This document shows, piece by piece, positions 12,331-26,679 of a stretch of DNA of 64,000 bases. The DNA lies in contig NC_045697.1 of NCBI RefSeq assembly GCF_009834535.1, forward strand, positions 39,248,001 through 39,312,000, read 5' to 3'. This DNA is from Camelus ferus. Its lineage: Eukaryota. A model generated the notes under the pieces. That model did not search any database. It saw only the letters and a program-made list of their open reading frames with translations, and was not told the DNA's origin. The position numbers and the translations under genes were made by a program. Position 1 is the first letter of the stretch. Every line of letters begins with the position of its first letter.

Positions 12331-15300
12331 AACCTGTGAGGAGATAAAGATGGAAAGGTAGGGGCCAAAAAGGAAGTCGATCCATCCTCAAACTGAAGTC
12401 CAGAAGAGCTGCTAGCACATCTGGTCCATAAACCATTTGATCCAGATACGTTAGGTAAATACATTCATGTTGAGGCTCCATGTTGTTTACATTACCCAAG
12501 TTTGTATTTTTCAGATATTTCCAAAACCATGTTTACCTTAAATTACAAACGCCCGATGAAAAGGGAGGTGTGTCCTTGAGAAAGTCATAATTCTCTGGCC
12601 CTCAGTTTCTTCATCCACAAAATCTCTACCACCTACTCTGCGTATTGTGAAAATAAAAGAGAACGAGGGAATGGAGATTTGAGTCTTTTGACTTGTTGCA
12701 AATCTTATTTTTATGACAGCAGTACTCAGGGTAAAAGCATGGAAATTCTGTCTATTCGAAACACTGAATTATCCCAGATGATTCCAAAAAGCGAAGAAAG
12801 TAACTCAGAAAAAGTCAGAGCCCAAAGATCACAGATAATTATAAAATTATTTTTTTTAAGTGAGAGAAATGCATACAGCAATCCCAAAGTAATCAACACG
12901 TGACCATCCAGAACTGGTCACCACCCGTTGTGAGGTCCGTTTCCTGGGCCTGATAGCACTTTTATATTTTAAAAATAAAATAGAACAAAATAGAATAGAA
13001 GGGTAAATAAGTACTGTTCTTGGAACTTTTAAATATATATTTATATGTGTAGGCACACTGGACTATTATGATAAGTATATCTTATTATGCATCATGTTTC
13101 AGAAAGTCTGAAGGCTACTGCTTTAAGTGATATAAAGAAGAGATGCCCCAGTTTGCAGCCCCCGACAGTCAACTAGAGATCTAGTACACAGCATTTGCAC
13201 AATATTCTGAATAGCACAAGTTCCTTGAGAAAGGCAGGACATGATCACTTACCAGTAAGTTTATGATGGTAAAGTCAGAGGAGAGGGAGATTCTTGGGGA
13301 CTGAATTAGTCTAGAAAAAGGTCAAAGTGGAGGTGGGACTTGAGCTTGTTTATAAAAGATGGATGGATCTGGGGGGCAGTGAGGAAGGGGTGGTGATATA
13401 GACGGAGGAAGTAAAGAAGGAGGTGAAGTAAGGAAGTTCTTTAAGAATCATTTAAAAAAGAAAAAAAAATGAACATTAAGTTGGAAGAGAATTACAGCAG
13501 AATTTCTGTTTAGACTAAAATGTTACTCAAGATTGTTATTTATTTCATATCTAAGATTTCCTTCCCTAATCCTGTAACTTTAAGAAAATCTAGGCAGAAT
13601 GGTCATAACGTCAGTCAGTCACTAATCTGTTATTTCCTGCTGTCTTTTTATCTCTGTTATGATGATTTCCTGGCTAAGCCTTGTTTCAAATGAATTTAGT
13701 GGTTAAACTGTTGAAATTAGGTGATATACCACATTGTAGCATGATTGTTTCATTTGGAACACAAGTATAGTCATTGGCACAGAGGGGCGAGGGTAACCAA
13801 GTGATTGTCATCAATGGAGCAAAGTCTTTTATTCTCTTCAACAAGTCTCCTTTCTTGAGCGCCGGGTAGCTGCAAAGCCCTGGGCTAGGCAATGGCGGCT
13901 CTGTGGAGATGAATCGGACCACTTGGCACTCATAACCCCAAAAGGAAGGGCAGAGCCTGCCAGATTTTGTTTCAGTTGCTTTATGACTTGCACATCGTTT
14001 TAGGTAAATATTTAAATATGTGGGTATGCATTTTGAGAAATTAACATCTGAGTATTTTTCTGTAGCTAGATAGTTATTTTGAAGAGATAGAATCAGAGAA
14101 GAAAGTCTTTACTTGTGTGTCTGAAAACTTGGTGACCTTCTTTTAGCTCTTGCTGTCTTTCCTAAGCAATAACACAATGTTATGATATTGATACCCCCTT
14201 GAATAAAGCTAGGTCTTTAACCAGAAGAACCAATGCCAGTTAAAATAGAGACTCATGTGCTTCAGTTAGTTGATTTAGAGTGCAATCAAATATGGAAATT
14301 AACTTTTTTGTAAAGAGGTCCTGGACTCCTCTTTCATCTTCTTTGTCCACATCAGAATGTGTAAATTGGTGATAATCTAACTGTTTTGCATGAGTCAAGT
14401 CTGGAATAATAAAACCATTTAGAGGCTGCATTTGAATTGAAAAGACGTTTGTTGAATTTCTTGGGGGAAAACGTATATACTCTTACGATTCAGATTACTT
14501 ACTGTCTTGAATGCCAGTGAGAAAAATGGTCACAGCTTTTTCTCTGGGCGTATTGGAGTTGGCAATACAGTAACAGCTTTCTAATTTTTCATGTTTGTAA
14601 TTAGAGTGTGGGCTTTGAAGCTAGCAGCATAATTGAGGACCCGAATTATTATTTCCAGTCAATAATAACTGACCTTCCGCTGGGGGGTTAAATGCTGTGA
14701 CCTATTGAATCTGAATCTGAATTTGTAGGTGGGGCTGAGAAACCTCCATTCTCTAATGGTCCCAAAAGGATTTCAAGAGCCAGGTTTGGACACCACTGTT
14801 TAGTCCTGCCTTTATTTACAGGGAAGTAGGAAGATTACAGATGAGCCCCAGACAAGTTAATAAATTGTCCTAAATTGCTGTCAGAACTGGGGCGAAAATC
14901 TAGATCTCTTCTTCCTAATTCTCCACTAAGGGGAGAAGGAGCCAGACCTGAAGTGAGGGTCTGAAGAGCTCCTAAGTGGTCAGTTGGGGCAGGGAAATCA
15001 AATTCCTCCTGCAGTTCTTCTTCCAGAATTGGGAGTCCATGCAGTAAGCCTTTCTAAATGACAATGCAGTGATCTCCATCCCAAGGGTCTGATGTGGCAG
15101 AAAAATTGTGGGGATCAGCTGTGTGATCTGAGGCCAGGCACTTTCTTGGCCTTACACACTGGATTCAATTTTAAAATATTAATTCTTGGGTCCTAAACCC
15201 AGTGGATACCCAAGCCAATCCTAAGAAGATTGCTTTAGTCAGTAGTCACAGCCAGTGACACTTACAGAACCAAGCAAACTCTGAAAAGAACTCGAGGCTA

Positions 15301-18300
15301 GAGAGTAAAAATCCAGTCACAGGCTCCTCGAGGGACCTCGGTGCTGTTGCTAATTCAGTAACGGACAGCTGGACAGAGAGCTCCTGAGCTCCTGAAAAAA
15401 TCCCATTTGCGTCTATGAATTTTCTGGAGGGAAAGGCATGGCAGAGAATCCCTTTTTTAAGCCCAAATTGCAACTGGTCCAACAAAGTGGGAGATCTGGT
15501 TTAGGCAGAATAGTCAGGGTGCTTTATGTGGATAGATTCTTGATTGCTTTTTCAGAATATTGATTTCTAAGTAGCCTCAAATTAAAATAACCATACTGTG
15601 TTTATAGGAGACTCTCCTCTCTCTTCATAATGTAAAACTTTGGGTAAATGAAATGCTTGAGGGAGTTAAGTGTTTGTGTTCAGTATATTTTCTGCATAAT
15701 CAGAGCATCTTTTTGTTTCTTGTTGATAGTTTTTCTAAAATCTAATAGCCTTTGCCTATGTGTCTGCCTTAATAAGGACAAGATGGCAAGTATCATCAGG
15801 ATACAGAATTTTGCATTGCCTCCGGGTTTTTATTATGAATTACAGCTGTGGGACAGGGCTGCTGAATATAATATAAAAATTTTAAGTGGTTTTTTTTCAC
15901 CCTGATGTGAATGTGCTGTCTCACCCTTAAAAATTGGTTGTTGTTCCAAAAAATGCAAAAGCTATTTAATTCATTGTGGGTTCCACTTTGTTGGACTTTG
16001 GTCTTTGCCTTTGCCATTACATCATTTTGGAATGCTTATTTCTTCATCTGAAATTAGTTTCCCAATCTTCTCAAAACATGGCTTAAAGTTCAATTATTTC
16101 AGCAAATTCTCCATGCTTTTTAAAGCCTGTTTCTAATTACTGTTTTATCCATGGCATGAATTTTTAATTTATCCCTCGTTATGTTGTTCTCTAAGCATAC
16201 CTTTTTCTTTGAATCCTATAAATTATTTCTCCTTGAAATATGCAGGCAAAATTGAAGTGACTAGAATTTTAATGCTAATGAGAATTTTAATCAGAGCTAA
16301 GGTTAATAAAAGGATGTACATTTCCCACTGCATCCTTGAATGAGTAAAAATTGCTTATGACAAATGGGTGTGGAGGATTGGTCTTGTTTTCACGTTGAAC
16401 AAGTTCTGAAAGCAGTCAGCAAAAACCTGTCACTGTCAGGGTCAGAGGTGAAGCTCTGAGTGAGTGAGTGAAAAATGCCTGTGAATTCTTCTTTTGCATG
16501 GGGGATGATTTCTTGTCTACATATGTAGATTCCCAGAGCAGAAGAATCCTTTGCCATGAGCATCAGTGGGCCCCGGTGCATGTCACTTAAACTGCCCAGA
16601 CAGGTTTCAGGATGTATGTACCAGGTCAGAAATTGAAAACTGGCAGTCTGTGCGCCCAGCAGGAAAATCATGTTTTATTTGGCCTGCAGGTATTTATTTT
16701 TAATTAAGCCAATATTTAAAAATCAGAAGATGGATTATAAAAAAATGAAACACCAACCCACGTTCTCTAAGCCAGAGCTGAATAACAGTATATTCTTCCT
16801 CTTTATTACACTTCAGTCCCCACTACTCCCTATTGTCTCTCTGACATGAGACTTCATGTAAGTCCCTTGTACTCCAGCAGCCTCACTTAATTGTGTTCGC
16901 CTCCTAAAAGCCATAAATACTGAGTTCACGAAGCCTGGACTGGGTGTTTTCTCAGTACCACTGAGCTCTGCAGTGTTCTGAGTGTCCTCATGAAGTTGGT
17001 GTGACTCTGCAAATTAGAGAGATCATCATTCTGAATGTCGGTAACCCCCGTAAACTACAGTGACAGTCGAAAAAGTTTTCACCATCAAAATATGTAGACT
17101 CTGTGAAAGGGTAATGAATACAAACTTAGTTGACCTGGTCTGTTAATAAGAGGATAGTGAGAAGTTTTGTTTGCTTGCTTGCTTTATCCTGTACCACACG
17201 TTGCAAAAAAAATAAAACAAACAAAAAGTTTTAACAACTTTATTTATTCTTTAACTTGACCAATAACTACATTTCTACGTTGGGTTGCTTTACATATTTT
17301 TACATGCACCATATCTTTATTTGATGTACAGCTCTTTACATAAGCACCAAACTTGCAGAGCCTCCTGAAAGCCCAAAGCATATCTCGATCTTTCAACCGA
17401 TGGTGCATTCTATTTGGGAGGCCTGGCAGTGGAGGATAAACCATCAGGAGTGGTACCAACTCATGTCCCAGTCTGTGGCTGTGTCTGCAGAGCTGAGAAA
17501 GGCGCATCTCGTGATGGAGCTGGCTGTGCCTCCAGCCCGTCGCTGCACACAGCCAGCTCGCCGCGCAGCCTGGCCGCTGGCTTGTGCGCAACTGCAACTG
17601 CTCTGTTCATATGGCTAACAATGAGGTGACTGTCAGAGCGGATTTATTCCTGTTGTAAATAAAGACAAATGCCCTTTGGAGATGATGAAATCTCCAAAAT
17701 CTCTTTAGAGGCAAGTCTCTAAAGTAGAGAAAGCTCTTACCAGCTCTCTGGAATCTCTCAAACTTCCCCAACTCCCGCTGCCGCTCTCGTTCCTCGTGCA
17801 CACCTCACTGCCTGCCACCCCCACATCGTGCCTCCCACCTCACTTCTAAAAACATCCTCGCACCTAATTATTAATCCTAAAGTGTCAGTGCTTTAGCAGA
17901 TTCACTCCAAGAAGACAGCGCTGAGAATAGTATAGGAAGCCAACAGAGGACACGGTGCTGCAGCGACGCCGGGCTTTCTTGCGACAGAGTGTATTTCCTT
18001 ATAGAATAATGTCCAAGTGTTTAAGGAGTAGGTGTCATGTCACCTGAAATGGACTAATACTATATAAAAGACCAGAAGTGTTAAGATTCTTTAGGGATAT
18101 AGTTAACTTTTTCTTCGTCATTTTAAGTAACTTAAATTTAGTTACACTGAAACTTGTATGCTCTTTTATGAAACTATTCTCCTTTTCCCCTGGTGGTTGT
18201 TGTGATGTTTAAAATGGTAATGATGGGTTTTTAAAGATCATCCCCCTGGGGTTTGTGGCTTTCGAGTGGTGCGTCCAAGATAAAAGTTAACAATCTGAGC

Positions 18301-19919
18301 TGCACTGGGTGGAGAACTTCTGCTCTGTGAATCACAGAAAAACATCCTCCAACTGGAAGCAGGATTTTATTTAGGAGATGAAGTATAGAATGTGAGAGAG
18401 GGTTGGCAGAAGGCCCTGATTTAAGGAAGATGGATGCTTGGATCATTTAATAAATTGGTGTTGAGTAGTTAATATATATGTTGGACCCTGTGCTATGTGC
18501 TATGGATTCAATATTGAATAAAACATAGTCTGAACTCTCAAATAATTCCCAGATGACTGGACTAGATAAATTTATTCATAAATGAGGCTCAGCAAAGTTA
18601 CAGCGGGCTCTCTTCCTGAGCAGGGTCTCGGGGAATTCCCCCAGCAGCTAACAACCAGGCTCCTTTCTCATCCCAGCCAAGCACCCCCATGCCTCCCTCG
18701 TCCTTCCTTAGGCCCTAGAGATTCAGCTCAATTTCCATCCCTCTTCACAGCTTCACCACCTGCTTGCCACACCTGGATTGCTTCTTTCCCAGCCAGGCCA
18801 CCCTGAGAACTAGATGGGGCTTTCCCACTCTACCCCTCCTTCATGCCATCAAAAATAAAAACATAGACACATGTATTTTCACCTTTATTCAGCTAAAAAC
18901 AACTAGGAAACAGAGGGTAGCAAGAGTAACCAAGAAGGGGCAGATATAAGATTCAGAAATCGAAGTTTCTGCTGCTGGCCAGTCTGAATACTAGACGAAA
19001 TTTCCTCCACGTGAGTATAGCAGAAACTCAGTGTAACTTCCTCCCCCCTCTTTTTTTCTATTCAAGAAAATATCTACAAATGCAAGTGAGATGACTGAGA
19101 GTGACATTATCATAGAAATGACTTTATTAGCAAGACTAGCATAGCTGACATTAGAGAAAACTACTCTAAATTATTCTTTTAATAAATCATTTGCTGTCAT
19201 TGGAACTTTATCATTGCTCATAAACAGTTTGTGATGCACTAGTGTATTTTAAGCCTGTTTAAAGGTCATGGTTTTAGACTATTGCTTAGACTCTCAGGGA
19301 TCACGTGTACCCTGCGGGAATGATCTTGAATCAGATCATTATTGGGGGATGCACCCATTTCAGGGTGTTGAAAATACCCCGCTGTTTTCATAGCTGCTCG
19401 GTGAAATGCCCCATGTCTGTGTGCTGTCTTTTTCCCCCTAAGGTGGCACTCATCTCTTTTTCCTGGTTTCCCTCTCCAGGGTTAGGACCCTGAAAGTTCG
19501 GGTGATGATTCTTGTCTCTGCAAAGCCTAGTGAATGATTCCATCTCTGTGTACCCCCACCGGGAGGAGAACTCCCTAGCCTTGCTGTCCAGAGGGTAGTG
19601 GCCCCGGGGAAATAGGAGAAGGGGCAGGGGAGTGGTACCTGGACTACAGAACTAATGATGATGAGTGGAAAGATCAGCCAGACACATGAGGGAGGAGAAA
19701 GTAAAGCAAGGTAAATGGGAGCAAGAGACCAAAGGACCCACTCAGGCCACTTCGCCATCTTGGTTCCAGGGCATGAGAGAACCTAAAATGTTGCTCTTTT
19801 TCCATCTGCTTTCCCCTGTGAGGACGAGACGCGGGTTAACTACAGATCTGTATCATTAATGACCTCCAACTCTTTTGGAAACTTCATTCTCTAGGCTTCT
19901 CTGCCAAACTCATTTCTCC

Positions 19920-20080
19920 TTTAAACAAATCTATGAGGTTTGTACTATTATTTTCCCCCATTTTAAGGAGGAAGAAACAGATAACTTGCCCAAAGTCCCT
20001 CTGGTAGTAATTGACTGAGCTGTGTCAGAGTCCAGAGTTGTCTGTCTAACGTTAAAAGCTTCACGCCTCACCATTGTGCT
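19920..20080 (-). mobile_element. MIR SINE
   Basis: 'tattattttccccattttaaggaggaagaaacagataacttgcccaaagtc'. Confidence 0.7.
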
Positions 20081-20705
20081 GCATACACTGCAGTGTGTGC
20101 ACATTAGTAACATTAATCCCATGAACACTGGGTCAAAAGATGAAGAATAGGCAGGATTTACAGACTGTGTTCTCCTAACTCAGATTTCATTCTGTGTTGT
20201 TTAAAAAGCAAATGTGAAAAGCTTCTAAATCAGTGATAAGTCATCCTTTAAGCAAATAGGGTGAGTTCAAGGGCAAACATTTCGGGTTAAAACGTTATAA
20301 ATCCTTGTATAGGTGGTAAAATTTCAAAACAAAACTTTTTCTCAAAATATCCAGGTGACACGTATGTTCTACAAACAACATGTCTTTGTTTCTGGAAAGA
20401 AAAACCGAACACATTTCACAGTCACGTGTACGCACACGTGCACACACACCACATGTAACGAGAAAAACCAGGCCTGCGTCTGCGGTTAGCCTTACCTATG
20501 GACTTTGGACCTAGGAGCTATTTATAGAACTAGTGTTTCCGTGATTGATGTTTTAATCATAGACATTCATTTACTTATGAAAGTGAGCAATTCCTTATTA
20601 TAGCTTGCAGCTAAGTGTTCTGCTTGCAACTTGAAGGCCGAACAAAAGGTAATCAATGTACAGGAGGCCCATTTGAGAAAAGTTCCTTCTTAAAACTCTA
20701 TTTCT

Positions 20706-20800
20706 GAAAACGAATATATGTATGTGTATGACTGAACTATTATCCTGTACACCAGAAATTGACACAACATTGTAAACTGACTACTTCAATTTAAAACAAA
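20706..20800 (+). mobile_element. Extremely 5'-truncated L1 (3' tail only) with TSD
   Basis: L1 3' end 'ctgtacaccagaaattgacacaacattgtaaactgactacttcaat' plus an A-tail. 14-bp TSD aaaactctatttct (20692-20705)/aaaaccctattgct (20801-20814). Confidence 0.85.
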
Positions 20801-23204
20801 AAAACCCTATTGCTAATAAACTAATGGTGCTTGACAGAAGGATGAATATACATGTATTTGTCCATTCTGAACATGAAAATCCACTGATTGTTTTAAAGTC
20901 ATGACTTCTGCCTTAATTTTTTAAAGTTCCTTAATAAGCAATTGACTTTTTTCCAGTTAAAAATAAAATAAAAGCAGTCCCCTACAGGCAATAGTCTTAT
21001 TACTGGCCTCTTGTCATCAATCTGGAATGTCTTCACCACTTTGTATTGATTCAGAATCCAAACTCTGTGTTCCAGGGGGTGGCACAGTAGAAGACACAGC
21101 TTTTCAAAGTGCAGGAGAGTTCGGTCAGTGACCTGTAAGATGATCTGAGGTAGTATACAGCTTTACTCTTTATTTAATAGTTATGAATTTATTTTAATAT
21201 AAAAATACTTAAATTTTAAAGTATATATTAAAATATGCTACATGAAAAATATGTCACTGGCGCATCAAGCCTGTGATTTTTACAGATATCATTTCTTAGG
21301 GCTAGGCTAATATTTTTAACTAGTGCATCCAGTATAGTCAGTTGAATGAGAAACATTAAGTGAAAAGTAGTTTAGAAAAGTAGATAAGGCAAAAATCAGG
21401 GAAGAGGTTCACAGGTGTCATAGTCTGTGAAAGTGTACAGGAAATCATGTCATTGCCCAAGGCACCTGAGGTTCTCTCTAGAAATGAGAAGGTCAGTCCA
21501 GAAAACCCTAAGATCAATTCTAGCTCTGATGTCCAATTTTATTTTTAACAGCCTTGCCATTTGTTTTTTCTTGAGCCTGTTTTCTGAATTTTAGATCTCT
21601 TCAGGCTTTTCTGGAACTTAGAGATCCCCTTCTTCAACCCCGCCTCCCCGCCATCGCCTCCAAACACTCATTATTTCCGCATGTGTTCGTGAAACAAACA
21701 TTCTATGGAGAACTTACACACTAGGTAATGTGGGCACGCAAGAAAGCAACAGAATTCTATACCTCTGACTTCCGTTTTCAATGAGTCCGTGTCTTTGATT
21801 CCCATTGAAGTTAAAGCCCTTGAAAGCCCTGGACTTCTGCCATGATCTTTTTTTTTTTTTTTGTGCTTCCTGAATGGCTGAGAGATCCTCAATGGAAAGT
21901 CCCTTCATTGATAAAAACACATTATCAAGGCTCATATTACAAATTTAAAACATGTGTTGTGCAAATCCTGAATGGGATTATACAAATAATGGATAAAAAG
22001 GAATGGACAAAAAGGCTTTCTACATTTCATAGCTAGAACGGTCTAAAGCTTAGGCCATTTTGAACACAAAGGGAGAAAAAATAGTACTTTCACGATTTTT
22101 GAGTCGAGGGCAATGCAGTTGGTCAGTTAGAAATTTTTCAGGTCTGAACGAGATGAGGAATTTTAACACATCAGAATTTTTTTGGTTTTTATTTTTAACA
22201 GTTACGTTGAGGGAGGAATTAAGTTTCAATGGTGTTTATTGGTTTTCTATATAATTTACCCCCCCCACACACACACACATGGTTAAGGTGTAACCATTAT
22301 TATGATAATTTTTCTTGGGGAATTTGTCCTTGAGAAATGTCCGGAAAATGTTGTAAAGCACCTGAGTGTGGTGAGGAGAAACTGTCACAAGCATCCGTGT
22401 AATGTCAGTGGAGCTCTTTTATGCTTGCCAGCAATTCATAAGATTTTCTTATACTAGTAAAAAGGATATAGCTGTGGTTTCCTGTGGGAGTTTCTATGTA
22501 ATAGTGAGAGAAGCAGCAGAGGATGCAGTTGGTTGTGGCTGTTTGTTCATGCACTCTGCTCTTTTCTTTTCTGTAAAAAACAGGAAGCTGAAGTTTGTCC
22601 TTTATTCAGTTTGATTGGTGTTTGGTAAGGACATCTCTGTGTGCAGTCACTGTGGGAGGATATAAAGATGAAAAATGCATCCTTGCCTTTAAAGACTGTA
22701 AAGTCTTAGTGAGAAGAAACAGTAAGAAAGTTGAAGCACTCATGGTAGTATTTTCTACTTTCAGTGCATATGCATTGTGATAAAAATGGATTAATTGAAA
22801 TTGTTTCCCAAATTTTAATGTTTATGTTTTACCATGATAGATAGAACTTTCCAAGTGTCACATTGAAACATATTTTGAAGAAACAGCTAGTTAGCACAGA
22901 TGGCTTTTCACTTTAGTAATTGCACCAAAGTTCAAATTAATTTTGTTAGCTTTTCTGTATTCTCTGGTGATGGACTAAATTCCTAATTCCCCAGCCCAGG
23001 AATTTTGAGAGGAATTGGGCAAAACAGCATATTCCAAGTCCCTTTCTCAAAGACAAGGTAAAATAAAATGATGTATGTAGGCTTAATAAATCAATACTTT
23101 TGCATTTGACACTATCATAAATTTCAAAAAAAAAGAAAGCCATGCACAAAAAGAACACTTGCAACTAAGTATATATTCTGAATAGAAATGATTTAATGGA
23201 AACT

Positions 23205-23780
23205 ACATCAGTTAGGAAAATAGAACCACTATGGTGATATGGAATAATGGATTTATTATAAATTTTAGACCTTACATAATTGTGGGAGCTTATAAAAAAG
23301 TTCATGAGAAGTGGTTGCTTTTGCATCTGGTATTGAATTTGAAGTCATCATAGGTTAGCAGAGCTGGCAGTGGAAAGAAAAGCTGGATGTGAAGTGGAGC
23401 CAAGCCAGGACAGACTGGAACCTGCGAGACCGCTGGATTCCTGTCTCCTCCAACCTCAGCGACCTGGGAGAACCGTGGAGGGAGCTGGCTCTCTGCACCG
23501 TAAAGCTGTTCGTGCACCTGGCCTAGAAGGTGAAGATGGGAGGGAATCTGGTGGGAGGCAAAGGACCACAGCCTTTCTGCTGCCTGACATCACCAGGGTG
23601 AGCAGGGAGACCAGCACCCAAAGCCCTTCCGGTCATCATAACACTGCTGCTTCATTTCCGTCTTCCAGTCCTCACCTGGATTTCCCTTGTAGCCAACTGT
23701 AATGAGGAACCATTTGGAGAAGGGAATTCTGGGAATGGATATCCGCCTGTGCTAAATTGACAGTACAAAGCCATTGCAGG
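23205..23780. mobile_element. Old ERVL-class LTR remnant
   Basis: Motifs 'tagaccttacataattgtgggagct' and 'agaagggaattctgggaat...aaattgaca' recall ERVL LTRs. Subfamily uncertain. Confidence 0.55.
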
Positions 23781-25169
23781 AACTGCCCAACAGAAAGAGA
23801 AATGTCTAGGATCAGATAGTCCCTTGTTTTTGAGTTCTGCAAGAATCCTTTCTGCTGAAGGGCTCAGAATCCAGTCTGATCATGGATTATGTTTAAGATG
23901 TTTCCTGCTATAGATTTATACAAATTTTCTTCTATATTCAACTATAAGTCGTTGGTTGATTTCTACTCAAAAACTAAAGCTTCTAAAGGAGTATCTATTG
24001 AAAAGTTCCAAGATTCATGTCATTCAAGCCACTGAGCTCGTCTCTTCAGTATATATATATATATCATCTTGCAATATAAAAGTTAATGAGATTAACTCGG
24101 CACATGGCTGGGTGATGTAACAATGAACATATTTTCTGCCACAATAGATTCCAAACTCCATTTTTAGATTTCTGTAGGTGCTCCAGAAGATTCGTATAAT
24201 GTAATGGTACAGAAAAGCAAAAAATTCATTTAGACAGGAGCTGCCTTCCTGATGTTTCTTTTACTTACTTATTTTTTGTTTTGTTTTGAGATACTTTTGC
24301 TTGTAAGGATGTATGCATATGAAGTGGTGAACTTATTCATGGTGGAAGCAGTCAACCAGCTGCTGTAGCCAGAATTCCTGCAGAGACTGGGAGATTTGCC
24401 CACAGAGCTTCCGAGTCTCACTCCATTTTTGAGATTCTTTGAGTCTTTATCAGTGACTCGCAACCTCTTTTTTTGCCCCAACTCACTTGGTAAATAATGT
24501 TTACAGGTGGGTCCCCCTTTTCATTCCAACTTTTTCTCTTTTACCCAAAAAAAGCACATTAAAATGCAAGGAAGTGATCGACTTTATAAAATACAGTATA
24601 AGTAAATAATCCATTATCTCTTAAGTACTGAGAAGAAAAATCTTGTCTTCATATGGGCACAAGAAATCTGTGACTCAATCTGTCTCAGCTATATTTCGAC
24701 TATATTTTACCATCCTGACCATATTCTCTAATTTACTGCTTAATAAAGCAAGAAAACAGAAATCTATAATTTACACAAATACCCACAAAAGTAAATAAAA
24801 ATGGAAATATCCATGAAAAGGGAGGAAAATGCATTAAAATTCCTTTGGTATACAACAACTGATGAAATTAGGCAATACTCTATTAAGTTTTGGATGCATT
24901 AGTTGTATCATTGTGTGTGTTGATCTAAGCTGATGATATAGACACATTTATTTCAGCAGCATGTGTTATTTGCCTGTTGTTGCAAATCTCTGCACTTGGG
25001 TTGGGTGACCATGCATCATATATACAAAGATGGCTAAGATTTACATATCTACTCACAAATGAACCTGTAATCTAGTGGGAGAGAGAAAACTGAGATCCAA
25101 GTGAAGAGAGAGGAGGAAGTGTTGAATGTGGGCTTAATAATATTATGGTTCTAAAAAGGTGAATTTTAA

Positions 25170-25875
25170 AATTCTCTTCTACACTATACATCTAGAATGA
25201 CAAAGACAAAACAAAAATAAAAAGCTGACAATAATAAGTGTTGACGAGGATGTGAAGCAACTGGATGTCTCATATGGTGTCATTGGGAATACAAAATGTA
25301 CAGGTACTATGGAAAAGTATTTTGGCAGGTACTTATTAAGTTAAACATCCACTTACCATATGACCTGGCAATTCCACTCCTATTTACTTAAGTGAAATAA
25401 AAACCTATGGTAACACAAAGACCCATTTAGAGTGGCTTTATTTATAACCACTAAAAACAGGAGATACCAAAAATATCCCTCGACTAGAAAATGAATGAGC
25501 AAACTGTGGCATACCTGCACAATAGAATACTACCCAACCGTGGAAAGGAACAAATGATCGATACACACAACGATGCAGATGAATTTCAAATATATTATGT
25601 CAAGTAAAGAAACCAGCCCGAAACAGCGCTGTGCTTTTATCTTTACATGATACTCTGGAGAAAGCAAAACCAGGAGTGGTTAAGAGTGGGGGGGAGAGTT
25701 TGGCTATAAAAGAATAGCCAATTCCCAAGGAACTTCTTTAGGGGATGACAGGGCTGTTTTGCATCTTGATTGTGGTGGTGGTGATATGACTATACATTTG
25801 TCAGAACTCATAGAACTGTATACCAAAAAAAGTAAATATTACTGTATGTGAATTTTTTTAATTCTTAAAAAATAA
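25170..25875 (+). mobile_element. Old L1 3' fragment (L1ME/L1MC-like)
   Basis: 'ccatatgacctggcaattccactcct', 'acaatagaatactac' and the 3'UTR 'tttgtcagaactcatagaactgtatacc'. Confidence 0.85.
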
Positions 25876-26679
25876 ATTTAGCTTTGAATCATGGTCCAGA
25901 GTTTAGCATCCTCCTGGCTCCGAGATGAGAAAAGCAGGCCATATGGAGAAGATGCTAATCCTATTCTCTGTTTATTGACACAGAAAAATGTGCAAACTGA
26001 ACAGATTTGTGCTCCGTTGTCCAGAAATCTTGGGTTAGTTTAGATCTCAAAACTCTCTTTAAATGGATAGAGGCAAGTATCACGGGACCCTGAATATCAT
26101 CTGACAATTCTGTCTCCTAAAATGATGTTGTTTTAACCAATGGTGGATGTATGTGAGGGTAGTGTGAGTTTGCTGTGCCGTCTACTGTCTGTGTGTGAGT
26201 GGGGTGGGCCGCCTTCCCTCCCTGATCTCATGTTCACAGACTGTGAAAGTAATTGTTTACTGCAATATTGTTGAGGTCTTATAACATGAGAAGCACTGTA
26301 CTACGTGCTGTGAGTGCTAATGTTGAGCTACTTAGAGTCTCTGTCAGAAATGGAGCTTACAACGTCGGGTGAGAGATAGGACATGTGACTCAATGACGGT
26401 AACTCAATCAGATTATGATAAATCCTATAATAGAGGTTTTCTCACTGTACTATGACTGCTGAGAGGTGGAAGCTATCACTTCCTGCCAGGAACATCAGGA
26501 AAGGTTTATTTTGCGAAGACTGTGGCATTTGTCCTGAACTTTAAGATTCTTAGTTCCTAAGCTCTGAGAAATTCATTCTTTCTGTCTTACAGACTGGTTT
26601 TCCCCCATCTCTCGTCTTGTCCCTGATACATATTGATGCATCCTTGTTTTGGAAATAATTAGCAAAAGAAAGAAAAGAT

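Noticed and set aside
15354..15370. RE1/NRSE-like site ttcagtaacggacagct
   Set aside because: The left half lacks CACC and the spacing is wrong. Only the right half matches.
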